Below, piece by piece: positions 1 to 9,255 of a stretch of DNA of 64,000 nt (the first letter of the stretch is position 1; each line of letters opens with the position of its first letter). Both the position numbers and the translations under genes were made by a program. The stretch is taken from positions 46,142 through 110,141 of the forward strand of contig CASEYP010000002.1 of NCBI GenBank assembly GCA_949292185.1, in the 5' to 3' direction. Source of the stretch: an uncultured bacterium (GTDB lineage Bacteria > Cyanobacteriota > Vampirovibrionia > Gastranaerophilales > Gastranaerophilaceae). The notes under the pieces were generated by a model. That model was not told the DNA's origin. It saw only the letters and a list, made by a program, of their open reading frames with translations, and made no database searches.

Positions 1-352
1 CGATAGATACAACTCTATTAATATTATTATTAATATTTGAAATAGATTTAGTTGTATCTTTTTCAATTTTATCTTTAAAAACTTCAACTTTGGCCTTTGT
101 ATTATCTTCCATAGTTTTAATATCTTCAGGAAGTTTCTGCATTAAATCCTCAGCTTTACGTAACAAAACTTGCGAATTCTTTTTTTCATCGTCTGATTTA
201 GCAATATTTGACTTAACAGACTCAATAGATTTATCAAAAGCCGCAGATAAAGCAAACCTTTTTACAAGGTACGCCAACAGCAATACCATTATAACAAAGT
301 TTAAAGTATTTGATGTAATAATAAATTTTAAAATAGAAATTATTTCTTGCAT
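1..352 (-). CDS. atpF: F-type ATP synthase F0 subunit b, N-terminal part (gene runs off window start)
   Basis: Own translation from ATG at 352 (minus strand): MQEIISILKFIITSNTLNFVIMVLLLAYLVKRFALSAAFDKSIESVKSNIAKSDDEKK... One N-terminal TM helix then a charged helix. Follows the a, c and b' genes. Not in the ORF track because no stop codon lies inside the window. Confidence 0.6.
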   Translation of the reverse strand, partial: MQEIISILKFIITSNTLNFVIMVLLLAYLVKRFALSAAFDKSIESVKSNIAKSDDEKKNSQVLLRKAEDLMQKLPEDIKTMEDNTKAKVEVFKDKIEKDTTKSISNINNNINRVVSI

Positions 353-362
353 AACTAATCCA

Positions 363-827
363 TCACTTTACTAGAGATTTACAATCAATATCATCAACCT
401 TAGAATCTATTCCTGTAAGTTTTGAAACAATAGAAGATGCCAAATCTTTAACTACAGAATCTTTTAAACTAGACTTCAAAGACTCTTCCTCAGAAATCAA
501 ATCTGCCTTTTTAGCCTGAATAGCTTTTTTAGAATTTTCTTTAGCTTCTTTTATTTGTTCACCTGCATCTGATTGAACTTTATCAACAACAGTTTTAAAT
601 TCTTGTCTGCATTTATCTTGAGTTTGTTCAAGTTTAGCAGCGCGAGAATTTTGAAGATCGTTTGCATTTTGTGCAAACTTTTTAGAATCCTCGTAATTAG
701 AATTGATGTACTCTTCACGTTTTCTGATAATATTTAAAATAGGTTGATAAAAAATACTATTCATTATCAGAATGAATACAACAAAACTAAACATTGCAAT
801 TAAAAATGTCGCATTAAATTCAAACAT
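363..827 (-). CDS. atpG: F-type ATP synthase F0 subunit b' (second b-type stalk subunit; atpG in cyanobacterial nomenclature)
   Basis: 154 aa. N-terminal TM (FLIAMFSFVVFILIM) followed by a long charged helix. Lies between the c and b genes, giving the cyanobacterial-style a-c-b'-b order. Confidence 0.75.
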   Translation of the reverse strand: MFEFNATFLIAMFSFVVFILIMNSIFYQPILNIIRKREEYINSNYEDSKKFAQNANDLQNSRAAKLEQTQDKCRQEFKTVVDKVQSDAGEQIKEAKENSKKAIQAKKADLISEEESLKSSLKDSVVKDLASSIVSKLTGIDSKVDDIDCKSLVK

Positions 828-841
828 CTGTCTACCTATTA

Positions 842-1081
842 CTATTTAACAAAGATTAATAACAAAGCAACAAGCAATGCATAAATTGCAGTAGCTTCTG
901 CTAAACCAGCACCAAGAATAAAGTTTTTAAAAGCTTCATCTTTAATTTCAGGTTGACGAGCTATAGCATCCAAAACACCTTTTGTTGCAATACCTAGTCC
1001 TAAGCCACCACCGATAGCACCAAAACCGATTGCAATACCTGCACCAATTTTTGCAAGATCTAAAGTTTGTTCAATTGCCAT
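842..1081 (-). CDS. atpE: F-type ATP synthase F0 subunit c
   Basis: 79-aa hairpin proteolipid. Gly-rich helix 1 (GAGIAIGFGAIGGGLGLG), ARQPE loop, ion-binding carboxylate in LAEATAIYAL. Confidence 0.93.
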   Translation of the reverse strand: MAIEQTLDLAKIGAGIAIGFGAIGGGLGLGIATKGVLDAIARQPEIKDEAFKNFILGAGLAEATAIYALLVALLLIFVK

Positions 1082-1096
1082 AAAATCCTCCTTTTA

Positions 1097-1786
1097 TTAC
1101 TCTTCTTTTATTGCCAATGAAATATAAGTTGTAGATAACAATGTAAATACCAATGCCTGAATTAATGCTACAAACAATTCAAACAACATGAACGGAAGCG
1201 GAACAACTACCGCTGCCAAACTTAAAACTGTTGCAACAAGGACTTCACCTGCAAAGATATTTGCAAAAAGTCGTAATGCCAAAGAAAATGGTCTGACAAA
1301 CAATTCCAAAGTATCAACTAAAGTAATAATTATACCTTCAATTGAAAAGCCTTTAAAAAAGAACTTAAACCCATTTCTTTTAACACCATAGAATATATAA
1401 TAAATAGAAACAACAATTGCCATTGCTGCTGTCATATTTATATCATTATTTGGAGATGCTAACTCTCCTGTATGTAAATGTATTAATTTTAATGGAAGCT
1501 GACCAACAAGATTTGCAGTTAAAATAAACATAAATAATGTTAATATAATTGCAATATGTTTCTGAGCTTCGTCATTTCCCATACTTGATTTTGCAATATT
1601 GTTAAAATATTTAATAATACCTTCGGAAAATAATTGTAACTTACCAGGGACCATCTCAAGTTTTCTGGTTGCCATAAATGCAACAACAATCAAAATTAAC
1701 ATAGATAGCCACATAGTAATTAATGTATCCATATTAAAAGATATTACATGATTAAATAAACTTATAGAATAAACCCAGTGTTCCAT
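1097..1786 (-). CDS. atpB: F-type ATP synthase F0 subunit a
   Basis: 229-aa polytopic protein with the stator-Arg motif LALRLFANIFAGE. First gene of the a-c-b'-b cluster. Confidence 0.9.
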   Translation of the reverse strand: MEHWVYSISLFNHVISFNMDTLITMWLSMLILIVVAFMATRKLEMVPGKLQLFSEGIIKYFNNIAKSSMGNDEAQKHIAIILTLFMFILTANLVGQLPLKLIHLHTGELASPNNDINMTAAMAIVVSIYYIFYGVKRNGFKFFFKGFSIEGIIITLVDTLELFVRPFSLALRLFANIFAGEVLVATVLSLAAVVVPLPFMLFELFVALIQALVFTLLSTTYISLAIKEE

Positions 1787-1878
1787 TTTTCTCCCTTCGC
1801 AAATTCATGGTAGCACCAAAAAAATATTTCGCAAACAAAAAATTTTATTTATATTATAATTAAAAACGGAGAGGTAAT

Positions 1879-2616
1879 ATGTCCGGATTAACGATAGGGA
1901 AGATTATATTAGAAGAAGTAGATTCTACCAACAGCTATGCTAAAAAAAACATAGGCAAAATATCAGACAGAACTGCCGTAATAGCTAAATGTCAGACATC
2001 CGGCAGAGGTAGATTAAATCGTTCATGGGTTGACCTTGGTGATGGAAATTTATTCTTATCAATAGTTCTAAAACCATCTAATTCATACCATGATATATAT
2101 TCTAATCTCACACAATACTTATCTGTCGTATTATGCAAAGTTCTTGAAGAATATGGTCTCCAACCTCAAATAAAATGGCCTAATGATGTATTAATTAATA
2201 ATAAAAAAATAGCAGGCATTTTAGCTGAAACAGTCATGAACGCAAATTGTTTGAAAGGGGTAATTTTAGGTATTGGTGTTAATTTAAACTCTAACCAAGA
2301 AGATATTAATAATATTCCGAACAAAATAGCTACAGCGCTCAATATTGAAATAAATAAACATGTTAATATTGAAGAATTTACAGATAAATTACTCGATAAA
2401 TTTTTTGAAAATTATGATGAATTTATAAATACTGGATTTTCAAATATCAAAGATGACTATATAAAAAGAAACTGTTTTTTAAATAACGAAATAAAAGTTC
2501 AGGTATTTAACAGAACAGAAGAAGGTCTAGCTCAAGAAATTAATGATAATGGAGAATTAATTTTAAGAAATAAAAATAATCAAAATGTTACACTTATGAT
2601 AGGAGATATTTTATGA
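1879..2616 (+). CDS. birA: Biotin--[acetyl-CoA-carboxylase] ligase, group I (no N-terminal HTH)
   Basis: 245 aa with GRGRLNRSW and KWPNDV motifs. RBS GGAGAGG upstream. Stop overlaps the oadG start. Confidence 0.88.
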   Translation: MSGLTIGKIILEEVDSTNSYAKKNIGKISDRTAVIAKCQTSGRGRLNRSWVDLGDGNLFLSIVLKPSNSYHDIYSNLTQYLSVVLCKVLEEYGLQPQIKWPNDVLINNKKIAGILAETVMNANCLKGVILGIGVNLNSNQEDINNIPNKIATALNIEINKHVNIEEFTDKLLDKFFENYDEFINTGFSNIKDDYIKRNCFLNNEIKVQVFNRTEEGLAQEINDNGELILRNKNNQNVTLMIGDIL

Positions 2617-2849
2617 CAGAAAAACTATTAGAAGGATTGATTTTAATGATCATCGGTATGGGCGTAGTAGTATGCTTTCTATACGTAATGATCTTAGTAA
2701 TGATGATTATGACAAAAGTTGTGGGATATTTAAACAAATTATTCCCAGTACAAACTGAAGAAATCGTAACAAAAACTAAGAAAATTTCCCAAAACGTTGA
2801 CGAAGCAATCGCATTAGCATTAGCCGCTGTTGTTGCTAGAAAAAATTAG
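2613..2849 (+). CDS. oadG: Oxaloacetate decarboxylase gamma subunit
   Basis: 78 aa with a single N-terminal TM helix. Sits directly upstream of the alpha and beta subunits. ATGA overlap with the birA stop at 2613-2616. Confidence 0.75.
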   Translation: MTEKLLEGLILMIIGMGVVVCFLYVMILVMMIMTKVVGYLNKLFPVQTEEIVTKTKKISQNVDEAIALALAAVVARKN

Positions 2850-2886
2850 AAGTTATTAGTTATTACTAAAAGGAAAGGATAAATTT

Positions 2887-4671
2887 ATGGGGAAAAAACT
2901 TATTAAAGTAATGGATACATCTTTCAGAGATGGTTTCCAATCAGTGTATGGAGCAAGAGTCTTTGTAGATGACTTTATTCCTGCATTACAATCAGCAGTA
3001 GCAGCTGGTATCAAACATTTTGAAGTTGCAGGTGGTGCAAGATTCCAATCTCCAATCTTCTACTGTAATGAAAACGCTTTTGATACAATGGATAAAATCC
3101 GAGCTGCTGTAGGTCCTGATATTAACTTACAATCATTAGCAAGAGGTGTTAACGTAGTAGGTCTTGATTCTCAACCTAGAGATATCATTGATTTACACGC
3201 AAAAATGTTCAAAAAACACGGTGTAACTACAGTTAGAAACTTTGATGCCTTAAACGATGTAAATAACTTATTATATTCTAGCCAATGTATTAAAAAACAT
3301 GGTTTAAAACACGAAGTTACAATCACAATGATGGAATTACCTATCGGATGTACAGGAGCTCACGATGTTGCTTTTTATGAAAAAGTACTTCGTTCAATCT
3401 TAGATGCTGGTATCGAATTTGATTCATTAGCATTCAAAGATGCATCAGGAACATCAGCACCAAGAAAAGTTTATGAGACAGTAAAAAGAACTCGTGAAAT
3501 TTTGGGTGAAAATGCTGATATCAGATTCCACTCACACGAAACAGCAGGTACTGGTTTAGCAGCATACTTAGCAGCCCTAGAAGGTGGCGCTAACTGCATA
3601 GACCTATCAATGAAACCTGTATCTGGCGGTACTGCTCAACCTGATATCGTATCTATGTGGCATGCATTAAAAGGTACAGAATACGATTTAGGTATCGATG
3701 TTGAAAAAATCTTAGAAACAGAAGAAGTATTCAAAGAATGTATGAAAGATTACTTCTTACCACCAGAAGCATTAGCAGTTAACCCAATGATTATTTCATC
3801 ACCTCTACCAGGTGGAGCTTTAACAGCTAATACTCAAATGTTAAGAGATAACAACTTAATGGAAAAATTCCCAGAAGTTGTAGCAGCAATGAAAGAAGTT
3901 GTAGAAAAAGGTGGTTTTGGAACATCAGTTACACCGGTTTCTCAATTCTATTTCCAACAAGCATTCAACAACGTTATGTTTGGTAAATGGAAGAAAATTG
4001 CAGAAGGTTACGGCAAAATGGTTCTTGGCTATTTTGGTAAAACACCTTGTCAACCTGATCAAGAAATTGTCAAAATTGCATCTGAACAACTTAACTTACA
4101 ACCTACAACAGAACTTGTAGTTGATATCAACGACAGAGATCCTAATAAAGGTATCAAAGCTGCAACAAAACGTCTTGAAGATGCTGGTTTACCAGTAAAT
4201 GATGAAAATATCTTCATTTCAGCAGCTTGTAAAGAAAAAGGTATCTTATTCTTAGAAGGGAAAGGTACAATCGGTGTTCGTAAAAACGCTAAAAAAGAAG
4301 AAGCTTCAACAGTTTCATCTTCTTCAAATGAATACACAGTAACTGTTAACGGTAAAAAATATGCTGTAGCTTTCGAAGGCGGCAAAGCAACTGTTAACGG
4401 CAAATTATACGACTTTAACGTAAAAGAAGGTATTGATGCAAAAGCTCCAGCAGGTGAAGGTTCTCCTGTAAAAGCTGCATTACCTGGTACTGTATTAAAA
4501 GTTTTAGTTTCAGAAGGCGATACAATAGCTGAAGGCGATGTAATTACAGTAATCGAAGCTATGAAAATGGAAACAGAAATCAAATCTCCTGTTTCAGGTA
4601 CTGTAAAATCTGTTGAAATTGAAGTTGGTAATAAAGTTCAAACAGGTCAAGTATTGGTAACTGTAGGATAG
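2887..4671 (+). CDS. oadA: Oxaloacetate decarboxylase alpha subunit (carboxyltransferase + biotinyl carrier domain)
   Basis: 594 aa. N-terminal HMGL-like carboxyltransferase (DTSFRDGFQS, HSHETAG). C-terminal biotinyl domain with EAMKME. Confidence 0.9.
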   Translation: MGKKLIKVMDTSFRDGFQSVYGARVFVDDFIPALQSAVAAGIKHFEVAGGARFQSPIFYCNENAFDTMDKIRAAVGPDINLQSLARGVNVVGLDSQPRDIIDLHAKMFKKHGVTTVRNFDALNDVNNLLYSSQCIKKHGLKHEVTITMMELPIGCTGAHDVAFYEKVLRSILDAGIEFDSLAFKDASGTSAPRKVYETVKRTREILGENADIRFHSHETAGTGLAAYLAALEGGANCIDLSMKPVSGGTAQPDIVSMWHALKGTEYDLGIDVEKILETEEVFKECMKDYFLPPEALAVNPMIISSPLPGGALTANTQMLRDNNLMEKFPEVVAAMKEVVEKGGFGTSVTPVSQFYFQQAFNNVMFGKWKKIAEGYGKMVLGYFGKTPCQPDQEIVKIASEQLNLQPTTELVVDINDRDPNKGIKAATKRLEDAGLPVNDENIFISAACKEKGILFLEGKGTIGVRKNAKKEEASTVSSSSNEYTVTVNGKKYAVAFEGGKATVNGKLYDFNVKEGIDAKAPAGEGSPVKAALPGTVLKVLVSEGDTIAEGDVITVIEAMKMETEIKSPVSGTVKSVEIEVGNKVQTGQVLVTVG

Positions 4672-4685
4672 GAGGATAAGGTAAG

Positions 4686-5924
4686 ATGAATATACAAGAA
4701 GGTTTAGTTAGTCTTTGGAACACAACCGGACTAATGAATTTCGTATTACCGGCAGACCCAAATTTAAAAGGATTTGAACAAATATTACATATGCATGGTC
4801 AATGGATAATGATATTTGTATGCTTATTCCTACTATGGCTCGGTATTAAAAAACAATTTGAACCATTACTATTGGTTCCTATCGCATTTGGTGGATTACT
4901 TTCAAACATTCCTATGCCACCGGGAGAAGCAATTGCTGGTCCTGCAGGATTTTTGGGAATTATATTTGAAGCAGGTATTCACAAAGGGATTTTCCCATTA
5001 ATTATCTTTATGGGTGTTGGTGCAATGACAGATTTCGGTCCGTTAATTGCAAACCCTAAAACTGCATTATTAGGTGGTGCTGCTCAATTTGGTATATTTG
5101 GGGCATTACTACTTGCAGTTGCTCTAGCTCCTTTGATGAGCGCTTTAGGTATGGATCCATTTACTATCCAACAAGCTGGTGCTATCGGTATTATCGGTGG
5201 TGCTGATGGTCCTACTTCAATTTACGTTACTAACAAATTAGCTCCTGAATTATTAGGTGCTATTGCGGTTGCAGCTTATTCATATATGGCTTTGGTCCCG
5301 GTTATCCAACCTCCTATAATGAAATTGTTAACAACAAATGAAGAACGTAAAATTCAAATGGAACAGTTAAGACCGGTTTCTCAAAGAGAAAAAATCGTAT
5401 TCCCGCTTATAGTATTATTACTTTGTATCATATTCCTTCCAAGTGCATGTCCACTTGTAGGTGCATTTGCTTTTGGTAACTTATGCAGAGAATGCGGAGT
5501 TGTTGAAAGACTTTCTGATACATTGCAAAATGCCTTAATCAATATTATTACAATATTCTTAGGATTAACTGTTGGTTCTAAACTTTCAGCTGATCAATTC
5601 TTAACTGGACAAACTTTATTTATCTTGTTCTTAGGAATTATGGCATTTTCACTTGCTACTGCAGGCGGTGTTATTATGGCAAAATTAATGAATGTTTGGG
5701 AACTTCTTATGGCTAAAATCCAAAAGAGAGAACCTAAACTTATCAACCCATTAATCGGTTCAGCTGGTGTTTCTGCTGTACCTATGGCAGCTCGTGTTTC
5801 AAATAAAGTTGGTTTGGAATACAATAACCAAAACTACTTATTGATGCACGCTATGGGACCTAACGTTTCCGGCGTTATTGGTTCAGCTGTTGCAGCTGGT
5901 GTATTGTTAGCACTTTGCCATTAA
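4686..5924 (+). CDS. oadB: Na+-transporting oxaloacetate decarboxylase beta subunit
   Basis: 412-aa polytopic membrane protein immediately after oadA. Composition and length typical of the OadB/MmdB/GcdB family. Confidence 0.88.
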   Translation: MNIQEGLVSLWNTTGLMNFVLPADPNLKGFEQILHMHGQWIMIFVCLFLLWLGIKKQFEPLLLVPIAFGGLLSNIPMPPGEAIAGPAGFLGIIFEAGIHKGIFPLIIFMGVGAMTDFGPLIANPKTALLGGAAQFGIFGALLLAVALAPLMSALGMDPFTIQQAGAIGIIGGADGPTSIYVTNKLAPELLGAIAVAAYSYMALVPVIQPPIMKLLTTNEERKIQMEQLRPVSQREKIVFPLIVLLLCIIFLPSACPLVGAFAFGNLCRECGVVERLSDTLQNALINIITIFLGLTVGSKLSADQFLTGQTLFILFLGIMAFSLATAGGVIMAKLMNVWELLMAKIQKREPKLINPLIGSAGVSAVPMAARVSNKVGLEYNNQNYLLMHAMGPNVSGVIGSAVAAGVLLALCH

Positions 5925-5947
5925 TATTTATTATTAAATATTTTAAA

Positions 5948-5982
5948 AACCGATCTGATATTATTCATCAGGTCGGTTTTTT
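5948..5982 (+). terminator. Rho-independent terminator of the birA-oadGAB operon
   Basis: 12-bp stem AACCGATCTGAT / ATCAGGTCGGTT (one G.U pair), 7-nt loop, T-run TTTTTT. Confidence 0.8.
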
Positions 5983-6040
5983 ATTGAAACTTATTTGTAA
6001 TAATATAAAAGAAACTATAGATTTATAAGGGTAAATAATA

Positions 6041-6571
6041 ATGAAAAAACTTGCTATAATTTCAAATTTTCAAAATAAAACTACACAAACTATTCTTGAT
6101 TATTTTAAAAATATTCAAGAGATAGAAACTTCAATACATGAAGATTTTACAGATATAAATCATGAAGATTATAATCTTATTGCTTGTTTTTACTTATCAC
6201 CTGAAATAGATTATTCAAAACTTGCTAATGCTAATAATCTATTAAATTTACACCAATCCTTACTACCTGCATTTGAAAGTGAAACTCCAATAATCGATGC
6301 AATAAAATTTGGTTCAAAAGTTACAGGAATAACAATCCATAAACCTGAAAAAGATAATTTTACAGGTAAAATCCTAACTCAATACCCAATATTAATTGGT
6401 TTATCAACACACTATGACACATTATTAAAGGAATTTGAAGATATAGAAACAAAAATTTACCCACTTGTGATAGATGCAATAATAAACGATAAAGTTTTTG
6501 ATTTTACGGATATATTAAAATCTTCTTGCAGTAGAAATTGTGGAAGCTCTTGTAGCGGTCACTGCAAATAG
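6041..6571 (+). CDS. PurN/formyltransferase-like protein, degenerate, with Cys-rich C-terminal tail
   Basis: 176 aa. LLNLHQSLLPAF...KVTGITIH...KIYPLVIDA aligns by eye with E. coli PurN LLNIHPSLLPKY...HGTSVHFV...AIYPLVISW. Ends SSCSRNCGSSCSGHCK. Confidence 0.6.
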   Translation: MKKLAIISNFQNKTTQTILDYFKNIQEIETSIHEDFTDINHEDYNLIACFYLSPEIDYSKLANANNLLNLHQSLLPAFESETPIIDAIKFGSKVTGITIHKPEKDNFTGKILTQYPILIGLSTHYDTLLKEFEDIETKIYPLVIDAIINDKVFDFTDILKSSCSRNCGSSCSGHCK

Positions 6572-6818
6572 ATTATTTCTTAGTGACAATAATATTTAAC
6601 TTTTCAATAACCCCATTGAAAAAAGTTTTATGTTCTTTTTTAGCAGGCTTGATAGTTTCTATTTCCGGTGTAACCGCAGCAGGGTTATTTGACCTGATGC
6701 GACCAGAATATATAGATTTAATTTCTTTTATTACAGATTCGTTCATTATTGTTCAAGCCTCTTAATTCAAATATAGGGTAATACAAGTATTATATCATAA
6801 AAAACTATTTTGATAAAA

Positions 6819-8456
6819 TTATAAAGTTTCGTAAGGTTCTACCAAAAACTCAACAATAAATGGACCTTTGTGAGCAAAAGCGATATTTAAAGCCTCATTT
6901 ATTTCAGATATTGAAGATACCCTAACAGAATTTATACCATAACTTTTGGCAAGCATGATATAATCAGGATTTGAAATTTTTGTATTAGAATACCGACCGC
7001 TACAAAACTTTTCCTGAAGTTGACGTACCATCCCAAGATAACCGTTATTTAAAATCATGATTTTAACATTCAAACCATAATCAACGCAAGTTGCAAGTTC
7101 CTGTAATCCCATTTGAAAAGAACCATCACCCGCAATACAAATAACATCTTTATCCGGTTGCGCTACAGCTGCCCCAATAGCCGCCGGAAAACCAAACCCC
7201 ATAGTTCCGGCACCGCCTGATACCAAAATCTTACGTGTTTTATTACAGGTTAAATTTCGAACTGCCCACAATTGATGCTGTCCAACTTCAGAAGTAAAAA
7301 TAACATCTTGATCCTTTGTAAAAGTATCAATAGACTTTATAACTTCAGCAGAATAAAGCATGTTAGAATGTTTCTTTAATTTTTCATTTAAAGATTTAAA
7401 CCCAGAAGCAGTATTTAACCAACTTGAGAAATCTAAATTTTTATTCAAAATCTTTTGATTTAAACTAATCAAAAATGCCTTAATATCTCCAACTATAAAA
7501 GCTTTAGGTTCAACAAAACATCCAATTTGCTTAGGATTGATATCCACCTGTACAAACTTTTCAGACCAATTAACATCCTTGAACATACACAAAATACGAT
7601 CATTAAATCTTGCACCTAAAGACAAAATCAAATCACTTTCTTTGATAAGCTCATTTGCAGCCTTATCTCCAAAAATTCCAATCATTCCCATATAACAAGA
7701 ATTATCTTGCGGAAAAGATGAAATTCCCATCATAGTATCTACTACAGGAATATTTAAACTAACAGCCAAATTATAAAGTTCATCCTCAGCACCGGATTGA
7801 CAAACCCCACCTCCTGCAACAATAACAGGACGTTTTGAAGTTTTTATAAGGTTTATTATATTTTCTAATTTATCAGAAGGAACTTCTGAGTTATCATTTG
7901 TCAAAGGTAATTTTAAATTTTTAAATTCAACTTGCTGAGAAAAAATATCTTTTACCAAATCAACAACAACAGGACCTTTTTTACCTTCCATAGCAGTTTT
8001 CATAGCATCAATCAAAGTTGATTCTATATCAGAAGCATCCGTAATTTGATAAACTTTTTTTGTACAAGATTTTGTAATATCGCAAATATCCGCTTCTTGG
8101 AATGCAGTTTTTCCTATTAAATTTTTAAAAACTTGGCCTGTTAAAACCAAAAGAGGATAACCGTCTTGATAAGCATTAACAATACCTGAAACAGTATTCG
8201 TAGCACCTGGACCAGATGTCACAAGAACAACTCCGCATTTTCCGCTAACTCTTGCATAACCTTCTGCCGCATGCACAGCTGACTGTTCATGACGTACCAA
8301 AATATGCTTTATATCATTTTGCGCATAAAGTTCATCATAAATATCAAGTACAATACCACCGGGATATCCAAAAATAGTATCTACACCTAAATTTTTGAGA
8401 GTATCCAAAAGTACTTTTGAACCTTTTTGCAACTTAACTTCATTACCAGTCAACAT
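6819..8456 (-). CDS. ilvB: Acetolactate synthase large (catalytic) subunit, ThDP-dependent
   Basis: FGYPGG, RHEQSAVHAAEGYAR, TSGPGATN, LTGQV and GDGSFQM motifs. The track ORF runs to 8516, but the ATG at 8456 (MLTGNEV...) has an AAAGGGGA RBS 10 nt upstream. Confidence 0.9.
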   Translation of the reverse strand: MLTGNEVKLQKGSKVLLDTLKNLGVDTIFGYPGGIVLDIYDELYAQNDIKHILVRHEQSAVHAAEGYARVSGKCGVVLVTSGPGATNTVSGIVNAYQDGYPLLVLTGQVFKNLIGKTAFQEADICDITKSCTKKVYQITDASDIESTLIDAMKTAMEGKKGPVVVDLVKDIFSQQVEFKNLKLPLTNDNSEVPSDKLENIINLIKTSKRPVIVAGGGVCQSGAEDELYNLAVSLNIPVVDTMMGISSFPQDNSCYMGMIGIFGDKAANELIKESDLILSLGARFNDRILCMFKDVNWSEKFVQVDINPKQIGCFVEPKAFIVGDIKAFLISLNQKILNKNLDFSSWLNTASGFKSLNEKLKKHSNMLYSAEVIKSIDTFTKDQDVIFTSEVGQHQLWAVRNLTCNKTRKILVSGGAGTMGFGFPAAIGAAVAQPDKDVICIAGDGSFQMGLQELATCVDYGLNVKIMILNNGYLGMVRQLQEKFCSGRYSNTKISNPDYIMLAKSYGINSVRVSSISEINEALNIAFAHKGPFIVEFLVEPYETL

Positions 8457-8521
8457 AAATAAAATATCCCCTTTCCGGACCTTCATAATTCTATCATAGA
8501 CATTAAGCCTAATCAATAAAA

Positions 8522-8555
8522 GGGCGGAATTTTATTTATAAATAAAATTCCGCCC
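8522..8555 (-). terminator. Terminator hairpin after the rph / secreted-protein transcription unit
   Basis: 13-bp perfect stem GGGCGGAATTTTA / TAAAATTCCGCCC, followed by a U-run on the minus strand. Confidence 0.7.
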
Positions 8556-8578
8556 TCAATTTCTATTAGACTATTTAA

Positions 8579-8890
8579 TTATTTACCAATTAATGTATTC
8601 CAAGCATCTTTCTTCTTTTGAACTTCTTTTTGTCTTGCTTCTTGGCGTTTTTGAGCATCTTTTTTCATTTGCTCTTGTTTCTTTTGCCATTCTTTTTGTC
8701 GTTGCTCTCTTGCTTTTTGTCTTGCTTCTTGCTGTTTTTGAGCGTCTTTTTGAGCCTTATCTAAAGCTTGCTCATGTTGATTTACCTTATTTGCAGCATT
8801 ATTCAATGCATTACTCAAAGGCCCTGCCTGAGCTGCCAAACCAAATGACATCACTGACACTGCCATTAGTGAAACAATTAACTTCTTCAT
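8579..8890 (-). CDS. Secreted Lys/Gln/Glu-rich coiled-coil protein, unknown function
   Basis: 103 aa. Signal peptide MKKLIVSLMAVSVMSFGLAAQA. Internal repeat KDAQK(Q/R)QEARQK occurs twice. Confidence 0.65.
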   Translation of the reverse strand: MKKLIVSLMAVSVMSFGLAAQAGPLSNALNNAANKVNQHEQALDKAQKDAQKQQEARQKAREQRQKEWQKKQEQMKKDAQKRQEARQKEVQKKKDAWNTLIGK

Positions 8891-9234
8891 TCATTTACTC
8901 CTTTCTCTACACTAGAATCCATTGATTCTAACTTCTTTTGTTTTACTTCTAATCTATGCTCTAAAAACTCTAATTCTTTTTGTTTTTTAGATTTTTTTAA
9001 ATTTTGCCTACGAATTTGCTTTTTGGCTTTTATATATTTATTTAAACGATTTTTCTTTGCTTTTTGTTCATTTTTTTGTTCAACTGAAGGTTTTGATTTA
9101 TCTATAGTTTGCTCTAAATTTTCGACACCTTGAGTTGACACAGCCGGCTCTTCTTGTGTTTTTGCAAGTACAGAACAGCAAAGGCTCTGTACCAAAAAGA
9201 TAAATACTATAAATTTAACAATCATTAACCGCAT
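8887..9234 (-). CDS. Secreted Lys-rich coiled-coil protein, unknown function
   Basis: 115 aa. N-terminal hydrophobic signal (IVKFIVFIFLVQSLCCSVLA). Highly basic helical remainder. 4-nt overlap with the downstream gene. Confidence 0.6.
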   Translation of the reverse strand: MRLMIVKFIVFIFLVQSLCCSVLAKTQEEPAVSTQGVENLEQTIDKSKPSVEQKNEQKAKKNRLNKYIKAKKQIRRQNLKKSKKQKELEFLEHRLEVKQKKLESMDSSVEKGVNE

Positions 9235-9255
9235 AGATAGAGTTTATACTAAATT

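Noticed and set aside
90-374. 94-aa plus-strand ORF at the window start
   Set aside because: It lies entirely antisense to a minus-strand frame that translates into a typical ATP synthase b subunit in the expected operon position. It has a low-complexity hydrophobic translation and no RBS.
842-1081. Na+-translocating ATP synthase matching the Na+-pumping Oad complex
   Set aside because: By eye the c-subunit lacks two ligands of the Na+ signature (helix-1 Gln and the Ser following the Glu). It is more likely H+-coupled and needs a formal alignment.
4059-4583. 174-aa minus-strand ORF inside oadA. Similar long antisense ORFs lie at 22612-23043, 22617-23036, 26468-26866, 35652-36056, 50270-50584 and 52991-53389.
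   Set aside because: All lie antisense to genes with clear family motifs or good RBSs. The translations are low-complexity and have no start context. These are typical shadow ORFs.
6583-6765. 60-aa GTG-initiated ORF after the PurN-like gene
   Set aside because: It has no RBS and a non-ATG start. It is a short hydrophobic translation in the space before the convergent ilvB end. The evidence is insufficient to call it a gene.
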